A stretch of 64,000 bases of DNA. It comes from an uncultured cyanobacterium (lineage in GTDB: Bacteria; Cyanobacteriota; Cyanobacteriia; Pseudanabaenales; Pseudanabaenaceae). The stretch is from the NCBI GenBank assembly GCA_963703315.1, contig OY969811.1, forward strand, positions 1,280,001-1,344,000, read 5' to 3'. The translations under genes were made by a program, and so were the position numbers. Positions 52,168 to 61,859 of the stretch are shown here, piece after piece. The notes beneath the pieces were generated by a model. It was not told the DNA's origin. It did no database searches and saw only the letters and a program-made list of their open reading frames with translations. How positions within the stretch are numbered: the first letter of the stretch is position 1; each line of letters opens with the position of its first letter.

Positions 52168-52262
52168 TATAGTGCTTTTCAAGCAAGCGAGGTACATAGG
52201 ATTGTTTCCCCGCCGAAGGCGGGGAAACAATCTTGTACTTCACTAGACTGAAAAGCACTATA
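52168..52262. mobile_element. MITE with TATAG ends and C-GAA-G hairpin
   Basis: Perfect 14-bp TIR tatagtgcttttca / tgaaaagcactata; gattgtttccccgcc-gaa-ggcggggaaacaatc. Confidence 0.85.
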
Positions 52263-52275
52263 TTGTTCCTGAAGA

Positions 52276-52932
52276 TTAAAATAGAACTGCTTTTCGCAAG
52301 TAAAAAGCTTCTGCGTAGCTATTTGGTGCGTTTGATTGAACACCACGCAACCTCAAGAGTGATATAAAAGTTTCTTCGGTAAACCATTGTTTATTGGCTT
52401 GAGTTGCAAAATATTGCATCAAATGAGTGATTTTTTGCTGACACATCACTTTGTCTAAATGCACAAAAAAGTTAGGATTACCTAGATCTCCGTCATATTT
52501 TGGAATTTCATATTCTAGGATCAGGTGATTCCGAAAAGCATTCCAAGTTAAATCAGAAATCAATCGGTGATCTTGGTGTAAGTCTTTGTGATAATGAGTT
52601 AGAACTAAGTCTGGGGATACATCCTTACTTAACTGATCAAAAAATTCTTTGATCTCCATACCAATATAAGGAAAAAAGCGATCGCGAAACCCCTTAATTA
52701 CGATGGTTTTGTGTTCCACGTCTTTTAAAAAAGCATGGGCACTGGTCAAAGCCTCTTCCTGACGCTTATCGGTTGCACCAAAAACGACCCAGTAAATACT
52801 GATATCTGGATAAGTTTCAATCAGTTTGAGAATTGTCCCACCACAACCAATTTCAATATCATCACTGTGGGCACCTAGACAAAGGACTTTGTGAATTGGA
52901 TTTTGATGATTATTATTTAACAGATTAATCAT
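52276..52932 (-). CDS. PIG-L/LmbE family deacetylase
   Basis: AHSDDIEIGCGGT, DLHQDH. Confidence 0.92.
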   Translation of the reverse strand: MINLLNNNHQNPIHKVLCLGAHSDDIEIGCGGTILKLIETYPDISIYWVVFGATDKRQEEALTSAHAFLKDVEHKTIVIKGFRDRFFPYIGMEIKEFFDQLSKDVSPDLVLTHYHKDLHQDHRLISDLTWNAFRNHLILEYEIPKYDGDLGNPNFFVHLDKVMCQQKITHLMQYFATQANKQWFTEETFISLLRLRGVQSNAPNSYAEAFYLRKAVLF

Positions 52933-53100
52933 AGAGATTCCGCAAACAGGTGGCAGCTAGTTAAGGGGAGCAACTCAGATTCTCATAGCTAAAAAGTGAA
53001 GTTTTTGAAAGAAATCGAATTTTACCAGATTTTCCATAGTAGCGTTCCTACTTTCTAACACTTTGGGCTGTTAGTTGTCTCAGTCGCACATCGAGTCTCT

Positions 53101-53877
53101 TTACGGTATTTTCGATATCAATTTATGCCCCAAAATATATTTGCCTTTTGGGATAATTTTACTGAGCAGTCTCCACCACATGGCTTTCCGTCGTGCGTGG
53201 GCAAATTCCTTGCGCACCTTAATTTCACTAAATTCAAAATACTCATAAGCAATTCCTTTCTTTCGATTATCATCACTTGTACGATCGCACCGCAGCTTAA
53301 TTCTTTCGAGGGTTAAGCTTGGCGAAAGATACTTGTAATGAAACAATGCATAAGCTGATGGACTCCACTGAACATTCCCAGTCGGATTGCAGTGATGCGC
53401 TCCTGGAGTGTAATTAATATTTTCAATTTTGGTTCGCTTAAAGCATATAGACTTGCTAAACCAGTCATTTGGATACTTGTCTGTAATCTTATCAGGATTG
53501 CCATTGCTGCCAACCATATCAAAACCTTGAGTCCGTAAAATCGTTACTCCAGAATCATTTAGACTTTCTAGTTCCGCTTGGTCAATCTGCAAGAATTCAT
53601 CTACATCGCAGACAATTACCCAGTCGGCTTGACTACTTTTCCACTTCTCATTCTTCATATCTGAAAGGAGTTGATCAACATAACCATTTGAAAAAATGGG
53701 AATGACTTCACAACCAAGATTTTTAGAAATGGATGCCGTGTCATCCGTGGACTCATTATCGAAAATTGTGATATTACAACTGGGGAAGCAGTTCCGATAG
53801 TGACGAATAAAATAGGGAACTAAATGAGATTCGTTATGAGCCATTGAAAAGACATGGATTTTCATTGTATATGTCAC
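53101..53877 (-). CDS. GT2-like glycosyltransferase
   Basis: HNE, FDNESTD, VCDVDEF. Confidence 0.8.
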   Translation of the reverse strand: MTYTMKIHVFSMAHNESHLVPYFIRHYRNCFPSCNITIFDNESTDDTASISKNLGCEVIPIFSNGYVDQLLSDMKNEKWKSSQADWVIVCDVDEFLQIDQAELESLNDSGVTILRTQGFDMVGSNGNPDKITDKYPNDWFSKSICFKRTKIENINYTPGAHHCNPTGNVQWSPSAYALFHYKYLSPSLTLERIKLRCDRTSDDNRKKGIAYEYFEFSEIKVRKEFAHARRKAMWWRLLSKIIPKGKYILGHKLISKIP

Positions 53878-53983
53878 CAGATTGTGGAGTATTGCGACAA
53901 TTTTGTTTAATTTTGCGGTTTTTTAAAGATAAAGAATCAAATCTTTTAGATAGAATGTTGCATAAAACTCTTACTTTTAAATT

Positions 53984-54958
53984 CTACTTTAAAGTAGAAA
54001 CCTCTTGATTTTTAGAGAAGATCTTAGAGAGTAAGGCAAGTTTTTTCATGAAAACCCTATAAAGGTTCTCAATCAGCCGATAATTTACATGGGGATTGAT
54101 CGCCCTCAACAAACCATAAATTCTTATACTTGTGTTAATAGGAACTTGTCCTGACAACATAAGTCTTGTCCAATACTCTATGATTGGGATATATACTGTC
54201 TCCCAGAAATTTTTAGGTGGTTCAATATTAGATAGCAAATAGTGAATGACTACCAGTCTTCCTTCAAGGACTAATGCATTCTTTACTACTTTGCCGAGTG
54301 AATTTGCATGTGTTCTACCAAAAGTTAAAGGCTCAGCAACATAAGCGAGATCTGAAGTGAGAAAGATTTTTGACCAGAGCAACCAATCTGCTTCATAAGG
54401 CAATTGTGTGTCAAACTTGCCAGCGTTGACAAAAACAGATCGCCTTGCCATCCCTGAGAATCTAATTATGTTGAGAAAAAGCATATGCTTACACATTTCT
54501 CGACCACTTGCAACAAAATCATTATCCCAAAGACCTGGGTGGAGATGATCCATCAGATCTTTGGATAGATACAGGCGCTTACCCTGCTCATCAATTTCCC
54601 AAGATTGAGAATAGGCAAAGCCTACAGAAGGGTGATTATCCAGTTTTTCAACAAGCCTCTCCAAGAGTCGAGGATCACAACTGTCATCAGAAGCAGCGAC
54701 CATCACATATTCACCCTGTGTACAGTCTAAGCCTTCGTTCCAACGTTTCAAGGGGGAATCGTTTTCAGCACAATATTTCACAGAAACTCTAGGATCTTTT
54801 GTGTATCGCTGAATTACATCAACACTGTTATCCGTCGAGCCATTCTCAATAATGAGCAATTCAAAGTCTTGATAGGTTTGGTCTAGGAAACTTTGAATGC
54901 GTTCATCTAGATACTGAGAGTAGTTATAGTTAACAACAACAACACTAACCTTTGGCAT
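53984..54958 (-). CDS. GT2 glycosyltransferase
   Basis: VSVVVVNYN, ENGSTD, ASDD. Confidence 0.9.
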   Translation of the reverse strand: MPKVSVVVVNYNYSQYLDERIQSFLDQTYQDFELLIIENGSTDNSVDVIQRYTKDPRVSVKYCAENDSPLKRWNEGLDCTQGEYVMVAASDDSCDPRLLERLVEKLDNHPSVGFAYSQSWEIDEQGKRLYLSKDLMDHLHPGLWDNDFVASGREMCKHMLFLNIIRFSGMARRSVFVNAGKFDTQLPYEADWLLWSKIFLTSDLAYVAEPLTFGRTHANSLGKVVKNALVLEGRLVVIHYLLSNIEPPKNFWETVYIPIIEYWTRLMLSGQVPINTSIRIYGLLRAINPHVNYRLIENLYRVFMKKLALLSKIFSKNQEVSTLK

Positions 54959-55008
54959 TGCCGACCTCTTAAAAAAATCAAGCTTTGGAAGTAATAATAT
55001 TGGTAGTA

Positions 55009-55827
55009 TTAGGCAGCATGAGGTTTGGAGTTCCCATTGTTTTTTGTATAGCGCTTATCCCAAACAGCCCAAGAGGTATTACCAGTAGCATACATTTGAT
55101 CGAACATGGTCTTTTCTTTAAAAGTATCCATACAAGCCCAAAATCCTTGATTTTTGTATGCGACTAGTTCATTCTTTTGGATCAGTCGTTGGAATGGCTC
55201 AATTACTAGTTCCTCTCCGTCGTGAATGTAATCAAAAATAGACTGCTTGAAAGCAAAAAAACCACCGTTAATCCACATCCCAGAATTGCCAACAGGTTTA
55301 ATGCTCTCTACGAGTTCATCTTTATTCCATGAAACAACATGAAAAGATTGAGATGGCTCTACAGCTAAAAAGCTAGCAACTTTATCATGCTTGCGAAAGT
55401 TGTCAAGATACAAATCAAGATTGAGGTCAGTAAGACCATCTGAATAGTTTGCCAAGAATGTATCTTCTCCTGTCAAGAAATCCTTAACAGCTACTAAACG
55501 TTGTCCAAGATTGGAATTTAGTCCAGTATCAACAAACGTAATTTCCCAATCTTCAATATCACTAGTATGTAGCTCAACATTCTTGCCACCTTTAGATATG
55601 GTGAAGTTGTTTGACATACACTCGTTATAGTTCAGGAAATATTTTTTAATATAATCTCCTCGGTAACCAAGGCATAGAATAAATTCTTTATGTCCAAAAT
55701 GAGCATAGTAGCGCATTAAATGCCAAATAATAGGACGATAGCCAATCTCGACCATTGGCTTTGGAATGGTTTCAGAATATTCTTTTAACCTAGTACCAAG
55801 ACCACCACAGAATAATACAACTTTCAT
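55009..55827 (-). CDS. rfbF: Glucose-1-phosphate cytidylyltransferase-like
   Basis: CGGLGTRL.E, PKPMVEIG, INGGFF, GFWACMDT. Confidence 0.88.
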   Translation of the reverse strand: MKVVLFCGGLGTRLKEYSETIPKPMVEIGYRPIIWHLMRYYAHFGHKEFILCLGYRGDYIKKYFLNYNECMSNNFTISKGGKNVELHTSDIEDWEITFVDTGLNSNLGQRLVAVKDFLTGEDTFLANYSDGLTDLNLDLYLDNFRKHDKVASFLAVEPSQSFHVVSWNKDELVESIKPVGNSGMWINGGFFAFKQSIFDYIHDGEELVIEPFQRLIQKNELVAYKNQGFWACMDTFKEKTMFDQMYATGNTSWAVWDKRYTKNNGNSKPHAA

Positions 55828-55863
55828 GATTACACTTGTTTAGTTGGTTAGTTAATCTTCTAT

Positions 55864-56123
55864 CAGTAATTCGGACATTTTTTTAACGAGGCTATAAGGC
55901 TTGTAGGGCAGTATTTTGATTTAATTAGCTGTTGGCTCAAAAGCTAACGGTAATTTAAATAAAGACCAAAATACTAGCCCTATATGGGAGCATTGATACA
56001 AGGTTTTGAAACTTTCCGAAGTATTGCACTAAAAAATGAGGAAATTATGAAGCTTAAAAAAACAAAGGTTTACAGAAATTATGACTACCTACCTATTAAT
56101 CGCAGAAAATGTCCGAAATATTG
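55864..56123. mobile_element. Candidate 260-bp MITE
   Basis: IR cagtaattcggacatttt / aaaatgtccgaaatattg (16/18) bounding non-coding DNA. Confidence 0.5.
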
Positions 56124-56181
56124 TTCTATAATTTTGCATTAATTTGCATTAAAATTTAAATTAATTTTCAACTATTAATAA

Positions 56182-57537
56182 CTATTTACCATTAGCAATC
56201 TTTTTGTTACATTCTTGCAATAATCCAGTTTGCAATAAAGCGATCGCAGCTTTCGCTATCAATTGAAATTTGATTTTAGATCTTATAGATATGTCTAATA
56301 AGGTATGATTGCCATCAGAAAAATTAAGTACCCATAGTAGTGCCATTTCATGAACTTTTTTATCTTGTACACCACCTAAGCTTCCATAAAGTCCGCGTTT
56401 ACCTAACTGAGGTTCACATTTCGGATTTATGTTTAGGTATGTTTTATTGTTTTCTAAAATTTCCACAATATTGAGATAAGCCGTCCAAGATTCTTCTAGG
56501 CAAGTAGGTTTAACAAACTCTAAGTTATCAGCTGACGTATGGTATTCAGGATAACGACCAAAAGGGGTTCTCCCTAGTCTGCCGATTGGAAGGTTAAAGC
56601 CAGGTGAACAGTACTGCCTTTCATCATATCCATAGGGAGAAAACTCTTCAATAGTGTAGTGTGTGTTTAAATGATGTAAGACATGGGTAACAACTTGATC
56701 AATTTCTGCATTACCTTGGCGACTTTGTTTATAGGTCATACTGCCACTGTCCCCAACTCCTGATATCACTAATCCATGCTTTATTTGATGAGTTTTACTC
56801 TCATTTAAACTAAGCCAAGTAATTGAGCCAATTGTTCCAGGTATAAAGAGAAAGCGATAAGAATATCGCCTTGTCAAAGAGCTAATATATTGAGCTAGAA
56901 ATGTTGCTAAAGCCATACCTGAAAGATTGTCATTACATAAAGATGGGTGGCAAACATGACATGAAAATATAACCTCTTCATCAGTTTCTCCAGACAGGTA
57001 ATATTCTCCATAGGTTAGATAGCCATCTTGAAGCGAAGAATCAATATAGACTTCGTATTCTCCCTCTTCAAGATTTTGAAGATCGTTATGACTGAGGCAA
57101 AAGCCCCAAGTCTCATGATAGTAAGAAGTTCGGTAGGGAATCCAATGAGGATGTTCTGGAAGTGTAAACAAATGTTTACTTAAATCTGCCAAAGACATCG
57201 TTTGATGAGTTGGGATACTGTAGTTCACTACATGAAGGTTTGATTTCTGAAAATCAATAACTTTCTGTCCATATTTATCTTTTACATAAGCATCTTTAAC
57301 ATTCCACTCCTTGGGAACTTCCCAATCAAATACTTTCGTTCCTGTAGGCACTTCATGGATTTCCAACGGAATGTGCTTTTGTAGTATATGTAGTGATTGA
57401 CGAACTCCGTCACCAGTTATACTGCGACAAATTGGATATAGCTCTTCAATGAGATCATACATTTTTAAGCCAATTTGTTGTGTATTTATTTGGATTTCCG
57501 AGTTGTTAAGCATATTTACTACTTTAGATAATTTCAA
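56182..57537 (-). CDS. DUF4910 family (aminopeptidase-like fold, C-terminal wHTH) polysaccharide biosynthesis protein
   Basis: YPICRSITGDGVR, FDWEVPKEW, HVCHPSLCNDNLSG, CEPQLGKRGLY; start may be ATG 57513. Confidence 0.88.
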   Translation of the reverse strand: MKLSKVVNMLNNSEIQINTQQIGLKMYDLIEELYPICRSITGDGVRQSLHILQKHIPLEIHEVPTGTKVFDWEVPKEWNVKDAYVKDKYGQKVIDFQKSNLHVVNYSIPTHQTMSLADLSKHLFTLPEHPHWIPYRTSYYHETWGFCLSHNDLQNLEEGEYEVYIDSSLQDGYLTYGEYYLSGETDEEVIFSCHVCHPSLCNDNLSGMALATFLAQYISSLTRRYSYRFLFIPGTIGSITWLSLNESKTHQIKHGLVISGVGDSGSMTYKQSRQGNAEIDQVVTHVLHHLNTHYTIEEFSPYGYDERQYCSPGFNLPIGRLGRTPFGRYPEYHTSADNLEFVKPTCLEESWTAYLNIVEILENNKTYLNINPKCEPQLGKRGLYGSLGGVQDKKVHEMALLWVLNFSDGNHTLLDISIRSKIKFQLIAKAAIALLQTGLLQECNKKIANGK

Positions 57538-57555
57538 TTTCTACTATTTCTGATC

Positions 57556-57646
57556 TAGCATTTCACAGCTTAGTAAAGTACGGGATTGTTTCCCCGCCAA
57601 AGGCGGGGAAACAATCCTCTATACCTCATTTGCTTGAAAGATGTTA
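57556..57646. mobile_element. Degenerate copy of the 52168 MITE in reverse orientation
   Basis: gattgtttccccgcc-aaa-ggcggggaaacaatcct.t.tacctc..ttgcttgaaa aligns to the reverse complement of 52168-52262. Confidence 0.8.
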
Positions 57647-57743
57647 CTACTTTCTCAAATTTAAGACTTACACAAAAACACCTTAAAAAACTTGTTTTAT
57701 CGCAGGAAAAATTTTTCAACTTTTCCTGCAATTCTTTTTTCTG

Positions 57744-58289
57744 TTACTGAGTAATCATTGCTGGAATATAGTCTTTGTATTGCTGATCACGCTCAGATAT
57801 AACACTAATTTCTTCTAACCATTGAATCTTAAATATTGGATCATTCCAGCGAAATCCAATAGCACAATTCGGGCTGTAGAAATCGGACATCTGATAAAAG
57901 ATTTCGGTGTTATCTTCCAATGTTTGAAAGCCATGAGCAAAACCTTTTGGAATGTATAGAGCTTTACTATTTTCAGCAGTAAGGGTAATAGCTATCCACT
58001 GTAAATAGGTTGTAGAATCTAAACGGAGATCTATAATAACGTCATAGATTGACCCTCTCGTGCAACGTACAAGTTTTGTCTCTGATGATGGAGGGAGTTG
58101 TAAATGCATTCCTCGTAGTGTTCCTTTTTTTTTATTAAAAGAAATACTACATTGCACTAAGTTGGAATCAAGGTTTCGAGCTTGAAACTCTTTCTGACAC
58201 CAAGTACGTGCAAAATATCCGCGATCATCCTTCAGTTTTTCTGGCTCAACAATGTAAGCACCTTCTAGATCAGTTTGTGTGAATAGCAT
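57744..58289 (-). CDS. rfbC: NDP-4-keto-6-deoxyhexose 3,5-epimerase
   Basis: DDRGYFAR, GTLRGMH, KLVRC, PKGFAHGF. Confidence 0.93.
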   Translation of the reverse strand: MLFTQTDLEGAYIVEPEKLKDDRGYFARTWCQKEFQARNLDSNLVQCSISFNKKKGTLRGMHLQLPPSSETKLVRCTRGSIYDVIIDLRLDSTTYLQWIAITLTAENSKALYIPKGFAHGFQTLEDNTEIFYQMSDFYSPNCAIGFRWNDPIFKIQWLEEISVISERDQQYKDYIPAMITQ

Positions 58290-58296
58290 CTATATT

Positions 58297-59577
58297 TTAG
58301 GAGTAAATTTGGATTTCAGGGATTGGTACAACAAATTGACCACCCCAGTCACGAATCATACTCATTTGTTCGATGATTTCGTCTTTAAAGTTCCAAGGCA
58401 AAATTAGTACATAGTCTGGCTTGGTTTCTTGAATCTTGCTAGGTGCATAAATGGGAATATGCGTTCCTGGTAAAAACTTGCCATGCTTGTAGGGATTGCG
58501 ATCTACTGTATAGTCCAGAAAATCTGTACGAATGCCGCAGTAATTGAGTAATGTGTTACCTTTACCGGGTGCGCCATAACCGACGACAGTTTTTCCTTCA
58601 CGCTTAGCTTTGATTAAAAAGTCGAGTAATTTTCTCTTGGTTTCTCGGACTTGTTCATCAAAGTTGGTATAGCGTTCAATGGAAGCAAAGCCAGCTAATT
58701 TTTCACGCTCTCTCAATTCCACTGCGCGATCGCTAATTGGTTTTGATAGGTCATCGACATGACGAGCATAAACTCGCAAAGAGCCACCATGAGTTGGTAA
58801 CTCCTCCACATCAAACATTGTTAAACCATGCGCTGCAAAAATCTTTTCAAGGGTTGTGAAGGTGTGATAGCAGAAATGCTCATGATAAATTGTGTCAAAT
58901 TGATTGGATGCCATCAACTTTACTAGATGTTGAATTTCGCCAGTAGCAACACCTTGGGGCTTAAGCAAAATCTTGATCCCTGCTACAAAATCGTTCAAAT
59001 CTGGTACATGAGCAAGCACATTATTCGCGGCAATCAAATCGGCTTGCTTGCCCTGCTCAACTAGTTTACGCGCACATTCTTGTCCAAAGAATTCATTTAA
59101 AGTGGGAACACCTTTAGCGATCGCGACCTTGGCGATGTTAGCCGCAGGTTCAACCCCAAGCACAGGAATATTTTTTTCAACAAAGTATTGCAGCAGATAG
59201 CCATCATTGCTAGCAAGCTCAATCACCTGACTATTTTCATTGAGATGGAATCGCTCAACTACCTGATCAGTATATGCTTTGCATTGTTTCAGCCAAGTAT
59301 CTGCATAGGAAGAGAAATAGGCATATTCCGTAAATATATGCTCTGGACTAACATAAGCCTCCAATTGAGCTAAAAAACAATTTTCGCAAACTCGAACGTG
59401 TAATGGATAAAAAGCTTCCATCTGATTAAGTTGTTCTGAGCTTAAAAAACTCTCACACAATGGAGACATTCCCAGATCAACTAAGGTATGCTTCAATCCA
59501 GATCCACAAAACTGACATTTAGGTGTTTTAGTGATTTCTCGATCAACTACGATCGCAGTCTCAGCTTGTTGACTCAT
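58297..59577 (-). CDS. NDP-hexose C-methyltransferase
   Basis: CQFC...CENC Zn site, ELASNDGYLL, IYHEH, GYGAPGKGNTLLNYCG. Confidence 0.92.
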   Translation of the reverse strand: MSQQAETAIVVDREITKTPKCQFCGSGLKHTLVDLGMSPLCESFLSSEQLNQMEAFYPLHVRVCENCFLAQLEAYVSPEHIFTEYAYFSSYADTWLKQCKAYTDQVVERFHLNENSQVIELASNDGYLLQYFVEKNIPVLGVEPAANIAKVAIAKGVPTLNEFFGQECARKLVEQGKQADLIAANNVLAHVPDLNDFVAGIKILLKPQGVATGEIQHLVKLMASNQFDTIYHEHFCYHTFTTLEKIFAAHGLTMFDVEELPTHGGSLRVYARHVDDLSKPISDRAVELREREKLAGFASIERYTNFDEQVRETKRKLLDFLIKAKREGKTVVGYGAPGKGNTLLNYCGIRTDFLDYTVDRNPYKHGKFLPGTHIPIYAPSKIQETKPDYVLILPWNFKDEIIEQMSMIRDWGGQFVVPIPEIQIYS

Positions 59578-59613
59578 TAGTTACCTCACAAAAAAATTAC
59601 TAAAAAATTACTA

Positions 59614-59688
59614 TATAGCTGTCGCTAGTCTTGTTAGGACGCAAAACCAGAAGACGAGTTGCGGCGCAAAGCGCCGCAACTCGTCTTC
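59614..59688. mobile_element. Truncated IS630-type MITE: one TIR plus triloop hairpin
   Basis: tatagctgtcgctagtcttgttaggacgca matches an IS630 end 25/30; gaagacgagttgcggcgc-aaa-gcgccgcaactcgtcttc. Confidence 0.8.
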
Positions 59689-59697
59689 ATTGAAAAA

Positions 59698-60768
59698 TCA
59701 ACTAAGCGACATGAAGTTATCAATATCAGCTTTAGTAACCGCTTGCATATCCTCACCTGCTTGATAGGACTTATTCCATAGGATAATTTGCTTTAAGGAA
59801 TCTTCTAGAGACAAGCTTGGTTCCCATCCTAGTTTCAGCCGAGCTTTTGAACAATCTAAACTCAGAGAGTTCGCTTCATGGGGCTGATGTGCTTTATCCT
59901 GTTCCCACGAAGCACCTTCTCCCCATAGAGAAATTAGCTGTTCGACTAACCAACCTACTGGTTTGATCGATGATTCATAAGGTCCAAAATTCCAAGCATC
60001 AGCAAAGGCGGAACCATTTTCGTAAAGACGCTCTGCGAGGGTTAGATAACCATTGAGCGCATCTAGTACGTGTTGCCAAGGGCGAGTCGCGTAGGGATTG
60101 CGAATCAAGACAGGCTGTTTATTGAGGATTGACTTAGTAATATCGGCAACTAAGCCATCAGGTGTCCAATCACCACCACCGATGACGTTGCCTGCCCGTG
60201 CAGTAGCGATCGCCACACTATGATCAGCATATTCACTAGGATGGAAAAAGGAGTTGCGATAGGAAGCTGTTACTAATTCAGAACAAGCTTTACTGCTACT
60301 GTAGGGATCATAACCACCTAAAGGGTCATTTTCGCGATAGCCCCAGACCCATTCTCGATTCTCATAACATTTGTCCGTAGTCACATTCACGACTACGCGC
60401 ACACCGCCAACCTGACGAATTGCTTCCAATAGATTGACAGTACCCATGACGTTAGTACTGTAATTAGATACAGGATCAATATAGGAAGAACGTACCACCG
60501 ATTGAGCCGCCATGTGAATGACTATTTCTGGCTTAAAATCAGCAATGACTTTTTGGAGATATTCGCGATCGCAAATATCTCCAATTACAGATTCCATTCT
60601 TTCTGCTACACGCGCAACTTCAAATAAACTAGGATCTGTTGGAGGCTGTAAAGCATAACCTAATAAATTAACTCCAATAGATTGCAGCCACAAGGACAGC
60701 CAACTACCTTTAAAACCAGTATGTCCTGTCAGTAATACTCGTTTGCCATGCCAAAAAGCGGTATTCAT
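59698..60768 (-). CDS. rfbG: CDP-glucose 4,6-dehydratase
   Basis: TGHTGFKGSWL, TTDKCY, DPYSSSK, ARAGNVIGGGDW, RPWQHV. Confidence 0.96.
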   Translation of the reverse strand: MNTAFWHGKRVLLTGHTGFKGSWLSLWLQSIGVNLLGYALQPPTDPSLFEVARVAERMESVIGDICDREYLQKVIADFKPEIVIHMAAQSVVRSSYIDPVSNYSTNVMGTVNLLEAIRQVGGVRVVVNVTTDKCYENREWVWGYRENDPLGGYDPYSSSKACSELVTASYRNSFFHPSEYADHSVAIATARAGNVIGGGDWTPDGLVADITKSILNKQPVLIRNPYATRPWQHVLDALNGYLTLAERLYENGSAFADAWNFGPYESSIKPVGWLVEQLISLWGEGASWEQDKAHQPHEANSLSLDCSKARLKLGWEPSLSLEDSLKQIILWNKSYQAGEDMQAVTKADIDNFMSLS

Positions 60769-60870
60769 GGATTTTTCACCTTCTATTTAGGCTTTAAGGG
60801 ATGCGTAAGTTTTAAAATTTAAATTTTTAAAATTTGATCTGTGTTTTGTTTTAGCGCAAAGCGCTGTAAC

Positions 60871-61299
60871 TCATACTACAAAGTGAAAATCTCTAATGCC
60901 ACTATAGTCAATTGTGCGTGCATTTTTGCGAGTAAACTCACTAACTGAAGGATTTCCATCAGGGTTGATTGCTCCAGTTGTATATTGCCAAAGGTCACGA
61001 GGAGCATTCAAAACTCGAAAAGTCCGATCCTCATTTTTATGGATATGATACCAATTACTCTTCTGACATTGATCACACCAAAAGGCTTCTACCCATTCTC
61101 CCTCTAAGGGAACGGCTGCTCGATTTGCCACTAATCTTAAAGCATTCTGCCGAGGTATCCCTCTTTGCTGCAATTGTTCGGGGCGATCGGCAAACAATGG
61201 ATATTTCTGACTGACACTATCAAGATAACATCCATGTATTGGGCAATAGATAGCCCTTCGTTTTGATCTTTTTCGATTTCGGTCACACCTCTTCTGCAA
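60871..61299 (-). CDS. Small basic Cys/His-rich hypothetical protein, first gene of the polysaccharide run
   Basis: TTG start preceded by strong SD aggagg; RNRKRSKRR, CPIHGC and CDQC motifs. Confidence 0.8.
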   Translation of the reverse strand: MQKRCDRNRKRSKRRAIYCPIHGCYLDSVSQKYPLFADRPEQLQQRGIPRQNALRLVANRAAVPLEGEWVEAFWCDQCQKSNWYHIHKNEDRTFRVLNAPRDLWQYTTGAINPDGNPSVSEFTRKNARTIDYSGIRDFHFVV

Positions 61300-61802
61300 T
61301 TTAACCTCCTACTACCACTAAAGTAAAAAACAAAAATGGGAAGATTATGTTGACAGGACTGAGATCTGTAAAGACCATCAAAGCCCTTGCCTAAACGAAT
61401 AAGATATTTAGTTGTAATTTTAGCAACCTATAATTTTATAAGCTACATCAATAGCTGTATACATCATATATAAGTTAGCAAACAAGGGTAAAAGTTATAA
61501 CAAAGTTATCTAAACTTTTAGGATTATCATTATTCTTGCATAATGGTGGTACAAATCAAACAACCTAGCTCTGTGTAATTTAAAATTAAAGATGCCCCAC
61601 CTATATCAAAAAGCTGTGTTTCGGAAAAAACTTTTCTTGTGTCCTAAATATCAAATTAACTAAGTCAAGACTTTGCTCTATCACTATTTCTACAATCTCC
61701 AGATTTTAATTTTGGGAATTTTTAGGCTAGTGGCTAGTAAGTTAGTAAAATTAAGCATATTATTAAAAATATTTTTTCATGCTTAGCCATTTGAGAAATC
61801 AT

Positions 61803-61817
61803 TCATAATGATTATGA
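61803..61817. promoter_or_regulatory. 7-1-7 inverted repeat, Fur/PerR-box-like
   Basis: TCATAAT-G-ATTATGA, overlapping a larger IR ttgagaaatcat...atgatttctcaa (61791-61825). Confidence 0.45.
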
Positions 61818-61829
61818 TTTCTCAATCTA

Positions 61830-61859
61830 TTGACATTGCAAAACCATAAGAATTATAAT
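61830..61859 (+). promoter_or_regulatory. Consensus sigma70-type promoter
   Basis: TTGACA (61830-35), 18-nt spacer, TATAAT (61854-59), upstream of the WecB/TagA gene. Confidence 0.6.
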
